A stretch of DNA of 64,000 bases from Candidatus Krumholzibacteriales bacterium (GCA_046483305.1 JAWODM010000034.1:1-64000), one strand, 5' to 3'; shown: positions 28,817 to 39,416, counted from the first letter of the stretch. The notes: generated by a model from the sequence alone, not told the origin. Translations and numbers: made by a program.

Positions 28817-29692
28817 ATGAAATATACTTATTATCCGGGCTGTTCGGTTACCGCAACGGCCAATCTTTACCAGGAATCGATAGATGCCATAGCGCCTTCT
28901 CTGGGGCTGGAGCTCGAGGAGCTTGAGGATTGGAACTGCTGCGGGGCCACCGCCTATATGTCTGTCAGGGAACTGATGAGTTTCGCGATCTCCGCCCGGA
29001 ACCTTGCGCTGGCGGAAAGGTTTCACCGCGATATGGTGACTCCCTGCAGCGCCTGCTATCTGGTTCTTAATAAGACCAATCATTACTTCGAGGACTACCC
29101 CGACATGAGAAAGAAGATCGGTCAGGCGCTGGAAGCGGGAGGACTGAGCTACAGCGGAAATATCAGGGTAAGGCATATACTGGACGTTATTGTGAATGAC
29201 GTAGGAATGGAGAAGATCTCTTCCCTGGTCACCAGGAACCTGGAGGAGCTGAGAGTAGCTCCTTATTACGGGTGTCAGATAGTCAGGCCGGAAATGGGTT
29301 TTGACGATCCGGATGAACCGGAGTCGATGGATATCCTTATCGAAACCCTTGGCGCAGAAACAGTCGATTATTCGATGAAGACAAAATGCTGCGGAGCCTC
29401 GTTGATGGGAACAGAAGAGAAGATGGCCCTGGGCCTCTGCAGGGATCTGTTAATGGATGCTGAGAAGAAGGGCGCCCACTGCATAATCACACTCTGCCCG
29501 CTTTGCCAGATGAATCTGGATATCTATCAGCCGAAGGTGAATACACTCTTCAAGACAGATTTCAAGATTCCGGTTATCTATTTCACCCAGCTGATAGGAC
29601 TTGCCATGGGCAAATCGGCCGAAGAGCTGGGGATGAAGCGGCTGGGAGTTAAAGTATCAGGAGAAATGAAAAGAATCATTGAGGGAGCGTAA
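28817..29692 (+). CDS. hdrB: Heterodisulfide reductase subunit B
   Basis: Two CCG domains (YYPGC..WNCCGA..CSAC; YYGC..CCGA..CPLCQ.NLD). Confidence 0.93.
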   Translation: MKYTYYPGCSVTATANLYQESIDAIAPSLGLELEELEDWNCCGATAYMSVRELMSFAISARNLALAERFHRDMVTPCSACYLVLNKTNHYFEDYPDMRKKIGQALEAGGLSYSGNIRVRHILDVIVNDVGMEKISSLVTRNLEELRVAPYYGCQIVRPEMGFDDPDEPESMDILIETLGAETVDYSMKTKCCGASLMGTEEKMALGLCRDLLMDAEKKGAHCIITLCPLCQMNLDIYQPKVNTLFKTDFKIPVIYFTQLIGLAMGKSAEELGMKRLGVKVSGEMKRIIEGA

Positions 29693-29693
29693 A

Positions 29694-31679
29694 ATGGCTG
29701 TACGCATAGGTGTTTACATCTGCCATTGCGGAACCAATATCGCCGGTAAGGTCGATATAGACGAGGTCGTCGAGTTTACCAGAGGCCTCGAAAATGTTTC
29801 GCTGGTTAAAGACTACAAATTCATGTGTTCTGATCCCGGGCAGGCCCTCCTTCAGAAAGACGTCGAGGATGGCCTGATCGACAGAGTGGTGGTTGCATCG
29901 TGTTCTCCCCTGATGCATGAGAACACATTCCGGAAGGCAACTGAACGGGGCGGGCTCAATCCGTATTTATTTACCATGGCCAATATAAGGGAGCAGTGCT
30001 CCTGGGTGCACCTGGACCCGGGCCAGACTACCCGGAAGGCCAAGGACCTGATCGCGGCGGCGGTCAGAAGGGCCTTCCTGCTGGAGCCTCTTGCCAGGAG
30101 AGAAGTGCCGATCAACCCGCAGACCCTGGTAATAGGGGGAGGGATTGCCGGCATACAGGCGGCCCTGGACCTTGCCGAGGCCGGTAAGAAGGTTGTTCTG
30201 GTTGAGAAAGAGCCCTCCATAGGGGGGCATATGGCAAAATTCGATAAGACCTTTCCCACTCTTGACTGCTCGGCCTGTATCCTGACGCCCAGGATGGTAT
30301 CGGTCGGCCAGCACCCCAACATAGAACTGATGACATATTCCGAGATTGAGGAAATCGGAGGGTATGTCGGGAATTTCAACGTAAAGGTCAGGAAGAAAGC
30401 CAGGTATGTCGACGCCGACCTTTGTAACGGGTGCGGCGCGTGCTGGGAGAAATGCCCCGGGACCAGAGTCCCGAGAAAAGGGAATGTGCACGAAAAATTA
30501 TCGCTGGGGCCGACCACTTCGATATATATGCCGTTCATGCAGGCGGTCCCCGCCATTCCGGTCATTGACCCTGAGACCTGTCTGTACCTCAAGGACGATC
30601 AGCATAAATGCGGGCTCTGCGCCAAGGAATGCGAGAGGGACGCCATCAGATACGACATGAAGGATGAGATGGTGGAGTTTGAAGTGGGGAATATCATAAT
30701 GGCCACGGGGTTCCAGACCTTCGACCCGGCCAGGATAACGCGTTACGGGTACGGAAGGATGGATAACGTGCTTACAGCCCTCCAGTTCGAGATAATGAAC
30801 TGCGCCTCCGCATCCACCGGGGGAAAGATACAGATGGCGGACGGGAGCGAGCCGGAATCGATAGGTATTATACACTGTGTGGGGAGCAGGGATGAAAACT
30901 ATCATGAATACTGCTCCAGGGTCTGCTGCATGTACTCTCTCAAATACTCCCACCTGATCAAGGAAAAGACCAACGCCGAAGTTTACCAGTTCTATATTGA
31001 TATGAGGTGTTTCGGTAAAGGTTACGAGGAGTTCTACGACAGGCTCCTCACCGAGGATGTCAGGTTCGTAAGAGGTAAGGTCGCGGAGGTAACCGATTTC
31101 GCGCTCGATGAGGCTGAGGAGGGTAAACTGATTGTGAGAGTTGAAGATACCCTTCTGGGAACTGTCAGGAGGGTGCCGCTGGATATGGTGATTCTGAGTA
31201 CCGGCCTGGAAGGGCATGATTCCCTTCCTGAAATTGCCAATAAATGCAACGTGTCGGTGGGCAGCGACGGTTTCGTGATAGAAAAACACCCCAAGCTGGG
31301 CCCGGTAGCCACAGCCACCGATGGGGTGTTCATTGCGGGGGCCTGCCAGTCTCCCAAAGACATACCGGATACGGTGGCTCAGGCGTCAGCTGCCTCCAGC
31401 GCGGTGCTTTCCATGATCACCAGAGAGAAGATAGAGATAGAAGCGGCCACCGCCGAAGTTGACGAGGATAAATGCTCAGGGTGCAAGCTCTGCAATACCC
31501 TCTGTCCGTATCTTGCGGTGAAGTACGATGAAGAGAAGGGTGTGTCGGTGGTTAACGAAGCGCTCTGCAAGGGTTGCGGAACATGCGTCGCCGGTTGTCC
31601 CAGCGGGGCGATCTCGGCGAAGCATTTTGAGGACAGGCAGATTTTTGCCGAGATAGAAGGTATTTTTTCAGGGTTATAA
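29694..31679 (+). CDS. hdrA: Heterodisulfide reductase subunit A
   Basis: Motifs IGVYICHCG.NI, NIREQCSWVH, GGGIAG, KTFPTLDC, CVGSRD and CSRVCCMY, plus ferredoxin motifs. Confidence 0.95.
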   Translation: MAVRIGVYICHCGTNIAGKVDIDEVVEFTRGLENVSLVKDYKFMCSDPGQALLQKDVEDGLIDRVVVASCSPLMHENTFRKATERGGLNPYLFTMANIREQCSWVHLDPGQTTRKAKDLIAAAVRRAFLLEPLARREVPINPQTLVIGGGIAGIQAALDLAEAGKKVVLVEKEPSIGGHMAKFDKTFPTLDCSACILTPRMVSVGQHPNIELMTYSEIEEIGGYVGNFNVKVRKKARYVDADLCNGCGACWEKCPGTRVPRKGNVHEKLSLGPTTSIYMPFMQAVPAIPVIDPETCLYLKDDQHKCGLCAKECERDAIRYDMKDEMVEFEVGNIIMATGFQTFDPARITRYGYGRMDNVLTALQFEIMNCASASTGGKIQMADGSEPESIGIIHCVGSRDENYHEYCSRVCCMYSLKYSHLIKEKTNAEVYQFYIDMRCFGKGYEEFYDRLLTEDVRFVRGKVAEVTDFALDEAEEGKLIVRVEDTLLGTVRRVPLDMVILSTGLEGHDSLPEIANKCNVSVGSDGFVIEKHPKLGPVATATDGVFIAGACQSPKDIPDTVAQASAASSAVLSMITREKIEIEAATAEVDEDKCSGCKLCNTLCPYLAVKYDEEKGVSVVNEALCKGCGTCVAGCPSGAISAKHFEDRQIFAEIEGIFSGL

Positions 31680-31709
31680 TACTGTTTCCAAGCCGAAGGG
31701 ATAACGGAA

Positions 31710-32198
31710 ATGTCGTTTGAACCGAAGATAGTTGGTTTCCTTTGCAACTGGTGTTCCTACACCGGCGCTGACCTGGCGGGAACATCGAGAATAAAATATT
31801 CACCCAATATACGTTCGATAAGGGTGATGTGCAGTGGAAGGATCGAACCGACTTTTATAGTTAAAGCTTTATATGAGGGCGCCGACGGGGTGCTGATCGC
31901 GGGGTGCCATCCCGGCGATTGTCACTACCAGGAAGGCAATTATAAAGCGTTGAGAAGATACAGAATGCTGAGAAGGATACTTCCCGGTTTCGGGATTGAG
32001 CCGGAGAGAGTCAGGCTGGAGTGGGTGGCCGCCTCTGAAGGAGAGAGATTCGCCAATGTAGTGGATGAGTTCACCAAACAGATAAGGGAGCTGGGCCCCC
32101 TGAAACTGCGCGACTCATTGGAAAAGGTCCTCAGTGAAGACCTGATCCCGGACCTGGAGGAAGCAACAACAGAAGGCGGTGACGCCAATGAGGCTTAA
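31710..32198 (+). CDS. mvhD: Methyl-viologen-reducing hydrogenase delta subunit
   Basis: Motifs FLCNWCSY.GAD, RVMCSGR and GCHPGDCHY. Confidence 0.95.
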   Translation: MSFEPKIVGFLCNWCSYTGADLAGTSRIKYSPNIRSIRVMCSGRIEPTFIVKALYEGADGVLIAGCHPGDCHYQEGNYKALRRYRMLRRILPGFGIEPERVRLEWVAASEGERFANVVDEFTKQIRELGPLKLRDSLEKVLSEDLIPDLEEATTEGGDANEA

Positions 32199-33141
32199 GA
32201 CTGGAATCTACTGGGGCGCGGGATGCGGAGGCTGCGATGTCGCGGTGCTGGACGTCCACGAGAAAATACTGCTGGTGGCGGAGAAGATGGAGCTCTTGTT
32301 CTGGCCGATAGCCATGGATTTCAAGTACGAAGATGTGGAGGCGATGGATGATGGGGAATTCGATATAGTTATGTATAACGGGGCGATCAGAAATTCCGAG
32401 AATGAGGAAATAGCCAGACTGCTGAGAAAAAAGTCAAAAACCATGATAGCTCTCGGAGCGTGCGCCCATCTGGGCGGGCTGATAGCGATGGCCAATTTTC
32501 ACAGCAGGGATTCCATCCTGAACAGAGTTTACCTGGAGACCGAATCGACAGACAATCCTGATTCGGTTATGCCCAGGGAAAAGTGGGAAAACGAAGGCGA
32601 AGAACTGGAACTGCCATTTTTTCACCATACCGTCAAGACACTTGATCAGGTAGTGGATGTCGATTATTACATACCGGGATGCCCTCCCGTTCCGGACCAG
32701 ATAGTTTCAGCGCTGGTTCAGGTCTGGGAAGGCAAGCTCCCTGAAAAGGGTTCGGTAATAGGAGCGGGAGAGAAGACTCTGTGCGATGAATGCCCCAGGG
32801 AAAAGGAAGAGAAATCCATAACCGAGTTCAAGCGTCCGGTGGAAATGATTCCGGAACCTGAAAAATGCCTTCTGGAACAGGGCTTTCTATGCCTGGGGCC
32901 GGTAACCAGAGAAGGGTGCGGAGCCAGATGCATAAATTCCAATGTCCCCTGCAGGGGATGTTACGGTCCTCTGGAAGAGGTCAGCGATCAGGGCATGCGT
33001 ATGCTGAGCGCCCTGGCATCGGTTCTTGAACCGAAGGAAGAAAAGAAGATAGACGAACTTATCAGCCAGCTCCCCGATCCTCTTAGAACGTTTTACAGGT
33101 TCAGTGCGGCTGCTTCCATACTGAGGAGGAAAAAAGTATGA
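32188..33141 (+). CDS. mvhG: [NiFe] hydrogenase small subunit (group 3c)
   Basis: Motifs CGGC, GACA..GG, PGCPP, CLGPVT..GC.A.C and CRGCYGP. Confidence 0.92.
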   Translation: MRLKTGIYWGAGCGGCDVAVLDVHEKILLVAEKMELLFWPIAMDFKYEDVEAMDDGEFDIVMYNGAIRNSENEEIARLLRKKSKTMIALGACAHLGGLIAMANFHSRDSILNRVYLETESTDNPDSVMPREKWENEGEELELPFFHHTVKTLDQVVDVDYYIPGCPPVPDQIVSALVQVWEGKLPEKGSVIGAGEKTLCDECPREKEEKSITEFKRPVEMIPEPEKCLLEQGFLCLGPVTREGCGARCINSNVPCRGCYGPLEEVSDQGMRMLSALASVLEPKEEKKIDELISQLPDPLRTFYRFSAAASILRRKKV

Positions 33142-34598
33142 GGCGCGTAGAGATTGACCCAATCACCAGGTTGGAAGGACACGGCAAGATTTCTATTTTT
33201 ATAGATGACGACGGTTCAGTCAGTAACGCTTATCTCCAGATCCCGGAGCTGCGCGGGTTCGAGAAATTCGTAGAAGGCCTTCCGGTAGAGGAAATTCCCA
33301 GGATTATGCCCAGAATATGCGGAGTCTGTCCAGCCGCTCATCACATGGCTGCGGGCAAGGCGGTAGACGCTGTTTATGGCCTGGATATACCGCCGGTGGC
33401 AAAGAAGCTCCGCGAGCTCTATTATATGGCTCACTTCATTCACAGCCATGCGGCGCATTTCTATGCGCTGGCCGCTCCCGATTTCGTGGTAGGCCCGGAT
33501 GCCCCCAAGGCTTCCAGGAACGTTCTGGGGCTTATCGAGAAGGTGGGCCTTGAAATAGGCAAGAAGGTCATCAGGCAGAGGGCTGTCTCCCAGGATATCC
33601 AGATCATGGTGGGGGGCAGGGCCACCCATCCGGTATGGAATATCCCCGGCGGAGTGACCAGGGCTCTCTCCGAAGAAAACAGGGATAAGGTAAAGGAGCT
33701 GGCGGAGGGCCAGCTGGAGTTCGGTCTGTTCGGCCTGAAGCTCTTTGACGACGTGGTTCTGAAGAACCAGGAGTACCTGGATCTGGTTACCGGCGACGTC
33801 TTTGATCAGGTAACCAATTACATGGGCCTGGTGGATGAGAATAACAAGGTTAATTTCTACCATGGCAGGGTCAGAGTGGTGGATCACGAGGGCAACGAGA
33901 TAATCAAGTATTCCGAACCGGAGTATCTGGAACATATCGCCGAACATGTGGAGCCTTATTCATATCTTAAGTTCCCCTATCTGAAACAGCGGGGCTGGAA
34001 CGGTTTCGTGGAGGGGGCCGGGACCTCCCTGTACCAGGCCAATCCCCTGCCCAGGCTTAACGCCTCCGATGGGATGGCTACTCCCAGGGCTCAGGAACAG
34101 TACGAAAAGATGTACGATACCCTGGGCGGGAAGCCGTGCCACAAGCTGATGGTGAACCACTGGGCAAGATTGATAGAGATTGTATACGCCGCGGAGCGGA
34201 TGGTGGAACTGATCAACGATGAAGAGATAACCGATCCCAACGTCAGGGTAATACCTTCCACCACTCCCAGAGAGGGCGTGGGTATTGTGGAAGCTCCAAG
34301 AGGAACCCTGACCCACCATTACTGGACCGATGAAAACGGAATAGTAACCAGAGCTAACCTTATCGTGGGAACCACCAACAATAATGCCTCTATTTCCATG
34401 GCGATCAAGAAGGCGGCTGAAAAACTTATCAAACCGGGAGGAGAAGTCTCTGACGGCCTGCTCAACATGGTAGAGATGGCTTTCAGGCTCTATGACCCCT
34501 GCTTCAGCTGCGCCACACATTCACTCCCCGGCCAGATGCCCATGGTTGTGGAGATAAGGTCCCGCCAGGGAGAGATCCTTAATAGAATTTCCAGGTAG
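33138..34598 (+). CDS. mvhA: [NiFe] hydrogenase large subunit (group 3c)
   Basis: Motifs TRLEGH, RICGVC, EAPRGTL.H and DPCFSCATH, with a cleavable C-terminal extension. Confidence 0.95.
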   Translation: MRRVEIDPITRLEGHGKISIFIDDDGSVSNAYLQIPELRGFEKFVEGLPVEEIPRIMPRICGVCPAAHHMAAGKAVDAVYGLDIPPVAKKLRELYYMAHFIHSHAAHFYALAAPDFVVGPDAPKASRNVLGLIEKVGLEIGKKVIRQRAVSQDIQIMVGGRATHPVWNIPGGVTRALSEENRDKVKELAEGQLEFGLFGLKLFDDVVLKNQEYLDLVTGDVFDQVTNYMGLVDENNKVNFYHGRVRVVDHEGNEIIKYSEPEYLEHIAEHVEPYSYLKFPYLKQRGWNGFVEGAGTSLYQANPLPRLNASDGMATPRAQEQYEKMYDTLGGKPCHKLMVNHWARLIEIVYAAERMVELINDEEITDPNVRVIPSTTPREGVGIVEAPRGTLTHHYWTDENGIVTRANLIVGTTNNNASISMAIKKAAEKLIKPGGEVSDGLLNMVEMAFRLYDPCFSCATHSLPGQMPMVVEIRSRQGEILNRISR

Positions 34599-34625
34599 CC
34601 GGGTTATGTCTCGGGAGAAATCCAG

Positions 34626-35132
34626 ATGAGTACAGTTATTATCGGGCTTGGAAACACTATCCTGTCTGATGACGGGGCGGGTATTTACGCCGCCCGGGAA
34701 TTGAGAGAAAAACTGGATTCCTCCTTCAATATCATGGAAGCGGAGCTGGCCGGGCTGGATCTGATGGAGATGATGAAGGATTATGACCGCGCGGTCATAA
34801 TAGATGCGATCAAACTGGACGGGGAAGAGCCGGGCACCGTATTCAAACTCAGAAACGATGATATCAGAATAACTCCCAGGCTGGCTTCCTGTCATGATGT
34901 CGACCTGGTTACAGCGATAGCCCTGGGAAGGCGGCTCGGCCTGAAGATGCCTGATGAGGTAATCATTTATGCGGTGCAGGGCGGGGATGTTCTGACCCTG
35001 AACGAAGGCTGCACCGAGCCGGTGGAGAGGGTTATTCCAGATCTGGTTGATGAAATAGCCGGGACTCTGACCGGGAAGCGGCACCGGCGGATATCCATAC
35101 CCCTTGAAGAAAGAAGCAACAGGGATGCATGA
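34626..35132 (+). CDS. Hydrogenase maturation protease
   Basis: Motifs GLGN.ILSDDGAG, IIDAI and S.H. Confidence 0.92.
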   Translation: MSTVIIGLGNTILSDDGAGIYAARELREKLDSSFNIMEAELAGLDLMEMMKDYDRAVIIDAIKLDGEEPGTVFKLRNDDIRITPRLASCHDVDLVTAIALGRRLGLKMPDEVIIYAVQGGDVLTLNEGCTEPVERVIPDLVDEIAGTLTGKRHRRISIPLEERSNRDA

Positions 35133-35481
35133 AGTTTCTCTTATGCAGAACGTAATCTCAGTGGTAACTGAAACCGCTGAGCGGCAGGGAGGGGGCAGGG
35201 TAAGTTCAATCCATCTTAAAATAGGTAAAATGGCAGGGGTTAATATCGATTCTCTCAGGTTTGCGTTCGATATCATCTCAAAAGGTACCGTCGCCGAAGA
35301 CGGCAGGCTTGAGGTCGAGCATGTCCCGCTGAAACTGAGCTGCGGCGGCTGCGGAAAAGAATTCAGCCCTGACCAGTTTTCTCTGATATGCCCTTATTGC
35401 GGCGGCAAGAATATAGATATCGTTTCCGGCAGGGAGATGCAGGTGGATTACATCATGATGGAAGATGAAGAAGAGAGATAG
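35125..35481 (+). CDS. hypA: Hydrogenase nickel metallochaperone HypA
   Basis: MHE start, two CxxC motifs, GRE. Confidence 0.95.
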   Translation: MHEVSLMQNVISVVTETAERQGGGRVSSIHLKIGKMAGVNIDSLRFAFDIISKGTVAEDGRLEVEHVPLKLSCGGCGKEFSPDQFSLICPYCGGKNIDIVSGREMQVDYIMMEDEEER

Positions 35482-35540
35482 ATATAACACGAGATTATAT
35501 TCTATTAATTTAACATCCCCGTTTAACTTCCCCGCCAGGC

Positions 35541-35570
35541 TTGACTTTTCGGCCTGCCTTATGTTATAAT
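35541..35570 (+). promoter_or_regulatory. Sigma-70-like promoter with no downstream sense gene
   Basis: TTGACT-18 bp-TATAAT with an extended -10 TGn. Confidence 0.55.
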
Positions 35571-35972
35571 AATAAACGGATTAAGGCCTTGCCGTAATAG
35601 AAAACCATTAATATTCACGGATCCGCGGCAGGGTTCAGCAGCTTAGCTTTATCGCATATCTCATTTGGTTAGACGGTAATCCCCTGTAAGAACAAGACTG
35701 TTATTCGATGAACTCTGTCCCCCAAAGAGCAGGTATGTTTAATAAGTATTTTCGGCGCTGCCGGCATCCCCGCGACTTGCCGGGGCGCTTCGCAGTCCCT
35801 GGCCAGAGTGACTGCGAAAAACCCGGAATCTGTCCCCGCCGCGTCCCGTGATGACCATGAGAATCCATCCCAGATATATTATTAAGCGGCGGGGACAGAT
35901 GACGGAAAGACCGGTTCCTTTAAATTTCTTTGAAGTACCACTGGTTGGGCCTGTATTTGAATATTGAGCTGC

Positions 35973-36263
35973 TCAGACGGATTCCTCTACCGGAAGAAGG
36001 AACGCCTTAACCCCCGCATCCATGAATTCTTCCTTCAGCTGCCTGATCTTTTCAAGCAGCTGTGTTGCCCTTTCATCCTCGCATACCATCATGATCAAAG
36101 AATTGGTGGAGGGCCAGATATGAGTCCCCATATGGGGGTCCGAGTGCTCCCCCCTGCCGTGCAGGCCCTGAATCCTGGTGAACTTCTCCGCTCCGCATTC
36201 TTTCATGCATTCCCGGACCTCTTCTTCTATGGAAGCGTTGTATATGAATATTACCATTTTCAT
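35973..36263 (-). CDS. PII-like (PG0541-type) transporter-associated protein
   Basis: About 96 aa with FT......GRG....PH.GTH.WP..N and AF..PVE. Last gene of the RND operon. Confidence 0.8.
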   Translation of the reverse strand: MKMVIFIYNASIEEEVRECMKECGAEKFTRIQGLHGRGEHSDPHMGTHIWPSTNSLIMMVCEDERATQLLEKIRQLKEEFMDAGVKAFLLPVEESV

Positions 36264-36305
36264 TATTTGGACCCTCCCGGCGATAATTGACCTGAATTCC
36301 CGATT

Positions 36306-39300
36306 CTATGCCGCGCCATCATTCTTCTTTCTGTTTCTTCTGATCCTTTCCTCCATTATCGAGTACAGGGTAGGAACGAAAAGCAGTGTAACCAGGGCCG
36401 AGAAAAGGAGGCCTCCTATAACCGATATCGCAAGGGGGCTCCAGCTTTCGGCGCCCTCTCCGGTGCTGAGAGCCAGCGGTGTAAGGGCGAATATGGTAGT
36501 GAAAGCGGTCATCAGTACCGGCCTGAGCCGCCTCTGTCCGGCAGTCAGTATTGCTTCCCGTATTTCATACTCTCTGGCCCTCAGTATATTGGTGTAATCT
36601 ACCAGCACGATACCGTTATTTACCACTATACCCACCAGCATTATCATCCCCACGTAAGATACCAGGTTCAGGGTATTCCCGGTAATGAGAAGGGCCATTA
36701 TTACACCGGTAATGGCAAAGGGGACTGAGAACATTATTACGAAGGGGTCGAGCAGAGATTCGAACTGGGAGGCCATTACCATATAAACGAGGGTTATACC
36801 CAGAATCAGCGCCAGGAAGAGGTATTTAAACGATTCCGCCTGGTCTTCGGCGGTCCCCCCGAAGTGGAGCGCTATATTCGGGGGAATTTCCATCCCGTCT
36901 GTCTCTTCGCGGATATCCTCAACCACGTCACCGAGAGGCCTCCCGTATATCCCGGCATTCAGGTATACCACTCTCTGCTGATTCTTTCTCTCCAGGGTTC
37001 TAACCCCTCTTTCAATCCGCAGTTCCGCGATATTCGCAAGGGGTATCTGCCGGCCGGTAACCGGTGATATTACCGTGGTTCTCAGCAGGTTTCTGGTGTC
37101 CCTGCGGGTCTTCCTGTCGAGCCTTATTCTGGTATCGAACTCGTCGTCGCCTTCGCGGTAAAGCATCGCTATCTTTCCCTCGAAGTTATTCCTTACCGTG
37201 TTCGATATGTGAGCCATATTAAGGCCAAGCATCGCCGCCTTCTCCCTGTCCACCTCAACCCACAGCTCGGGCTTGCCCGGTTTTCTGGAGATGGAAGGGT
37301 CGATTATTCCCTCGATTCCCTTAACCACCTCCAGCAGCTCCCCGGCGAATTTGCCGGAGGCGCTGTAATCGTCGCTGTATATCTCGATCGACACCGGTGT
37401 GGTGCCTCCCGACATCATCGCCGCGAACATATCGGTGGGGGTGAAATCAACCGCAACCACGCCTGGTATCTTCTTGATCTCCCTGGAGAGCATCTTCCCG
37501 ATGTCCGCGTCTGAACGCTCTCTTTCATTCTTGTCTATAAGCATTCCTCCCACATTGATTATATGAGTATCTTCCTGCCTTCCTATCATGGCGCTGAATC
37601 CTGACTCGCTGGTTCCGCACCTGGCGAACACCATGTCGGCTTCCGGAACTTTCTCGAAAAGGATCTGTTCCACCCGGGCCATTACACTGTCGGTTACCTC
37701 CACCCGGGTGCCTACCGCCAGCTCTATATTGCCCCTCACCTCTCCCTGGTCCACCATGGGGAAGAATTCCGTGCCGATGAATCTGGTAAGAAGAAGCGAT
37801 GAAAGGAATATCACCAGGCCGGAGAGGATGACGGCCTTCCGGTGGTTCAGAGACCAGTTGAGCAGGCCGGCGTAGAAAGTTTCAATCCTTCTGAATATCC
37901 TGTTTCCGTATGCCTGGAGAGCGGTTTCCTTCCTGTTGTCAATCCGGCGAAGCAACTTTGAGGAGAGCATGGGAGTCAGAGAAAGGGCGCAGAAGAGTGA
38001 ACCGATAAGCACTACTATTATGGAGAAGGCAAGTTCCTTGAAGATAATCCCGGTAATACCCGGGATGAATATAACCGGTATGAATATGGAAACCGTGGTG
38101 GCGGTGGATGCGGTTACCGCAAGGCCTACCTCGGATGAACCGAATACCGCCGATTCATTCGGGGATTCGCCGATTTCCTTTCGGTGATAGTATATATTCT
38201 CGAAGATTACTATCGCGTTATCCACCACCAACCCGATAGCTATCGCCACCGCCGACAGAGACATTGTATTTATGGTGTATCCGCCCAGGTAGAGAAAGAT
38301 AAATGCCAGCACCATGGAGAAGGGGATGGTTACTCCCACGATGAAACTTCCCCTCCATTCCCGCAGAAACAGGAAAACTACTATTACCACAAACAGAATC
38401 GCCCATAGTACTGTATTCCTGAGGTTGTTAACCGAATCCTTTATGAATTTGGACGAGTCCATGATGATGTTCACCCTGGCGTCCGATGGAAGGTCCTCAG
38501 CCAGCAGGGGCAGTTCTCCGGTTATACTTTCGGCCACTTCCACTGTGTTTTCATCGGACTGCTTCATCGCCAGCACCACCACCGCTTTCTCTCCGTTGAC
38601 TCTTACCCTCCGGTCCTTTTCCTTGTACCCGTCAATCACCTCGGCGACATCTCTTACGTAGACCGGTTTATTATCCCTCACTGCCACCACCGTGCCTGCA
38701 ATTTCATCAACCCCGGTGTATTCTCCTGGCACCCTGATAATATATTCGGTTTTCCCCATCTCTATCTTGCCGGCGGGCCTGGATATGTTCTCAGCGGCCA
38801 GGACGGTTGCTATCTGCTGTTCCGATATCCGGTATCCCTCCAGCTTTCCCTGGTCCACGATGATCTTTATCTCCCGTTCTTCTCCTCCCATCGCTTCCGC
38901 CAGGGCCACGCCGGGAAGCCTCATCAGTGGATCGCAAATCCTCTTTTCCACTATGTTAAAGAGTTCGTTATAGCTCTGGTCGGCAGTAATACCTATCCAC
39001 ATTACCGGCATCATGGAAAGGTCGAATTTAATCAGCATCGGTTCTTCCGCGTCTTCGGGAAGGGCTTCTTCCGCGAAATCTATCGCCTGGCGGATATCAT
39101 TGGCGGCTTCGTCCAGGTTGGTGCCCCACTCGAAGCTGATCAGGATCGAGGAATAGTCTTCCATTGAATTGGAGTTGATATCCTTAATATGTGAGATCGC
39201 GGCCAGGTTGGATTCCAGAATCTTGGTAACCAGGTTTTCCATATCTCTGGAGCTGGCGCCGGGGTATCTGGTGATTACGCCCATGGTGGGGATTTCGATC

Positions 39301-39416
39301 TCAGGCATGACATCTATCTTTATCCGGGTGAGCGATATTATCCCGATGATCAGAATGGCCATAAAGACCATCATCGTCATTACCGGTTTATCTACTGACT
39401 TTCTGGGGAGTTTCAA
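36306..39416 (-). CDS. RND efflux permease (AcrB/D/F family)
   Basis: 1036 aa with YPGAS, GLVVDNAIVI.EN, QFES...P, GIVVNNGI.LVD and RLRPVLMT. Confidence 0.95.
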   Translation of the reverse strand: MKLPRKSVDKPVMTMMVFMAILIIGIISLTRIKIDVMPEIEIPTMGVITRYPGASSRDMENLVTKILESNLAAISHIKDINSNSMEDYSSILISFEWGTNLDEAANDIRQAIDFAEEALPEDAEEPMLIKFDLSMMPVMWIGITADQSYNELFNIVEKRICDPLMRLPGVALAEAMGGEEREIKIIVDQGKLEGYRISEQQIATVLAAENISRPAGKIEMGKTEYIIRVPGEYTGVDEIAGTVVAVRDNKPVYVRDVAEVIDGYKEKDRRVRVNGEKAVVVLAMKQSDENTVEVAESITGELPLLAEDLPSDARVNIIMDSSKFIKDSVNNLRNTVLWAILFVVIVVFLFLREWRGSFIVGVTIPFSMVLAFIFLYLGGYTINTMSLSAVAIAIGLVVDNAIVIFENIYYHRKEIGESPNESAVFGSSEVGLAVTASTATTVSIFIPVIFIPGITGIIFKELAFSIIVVLIGSLFCALSLTPMLSSKLLRRIDNRKETALQAYGNRIFRRIETFYAGLLNWSLNHRKAVILSGLVIFLSSLLLTRFIGTEFFPMVDQGEVRGNIELAVGTRVEVTDSVMARVEQILFEKVPEADMVFARCGTSESGFSAMIGRQEDTHIINVGGMLIDKNERERSDADIGKMLSREIKKIPGVVAVDFTPTDMFAAMMSGGTTPVSIEIYSDDYSASGKFAGELLEVVKGIEGIIDPSISRKPGKPELWVEVDREKAAMLGLNMAHISNTVRNNFEGKIAMLYREGDDEFDTRIRLDRKTRRDTRNLLRTTVISPVTGRQIPLANIAELRIERGVRTLERKNQQRVVYLNAGIYGRPLGDVVEDIREETDGMEIPPNIALHFGGTAEDQAESFKYLFLALILGITLVYMVMASQFESLLDPFVIMFSVPFAITGVIMALLITGNTLNLVSYVGMIMLVGIVVNNGIVLVDYTNILRAREYEIREAILTAGQRRLRPVLMTAFTTIFALTPLALSTGEGAESWSPLAISVIGGLLFSALVTLLFVPTLYSIMEERIRRNRKKNDGAA

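Noticed and set aside
29694..34598. Selenocysteine-containing Hdr/Mvh subunits
   Set aside because: All ORFs are uninterrupted and have Cys at the relevant motifs.
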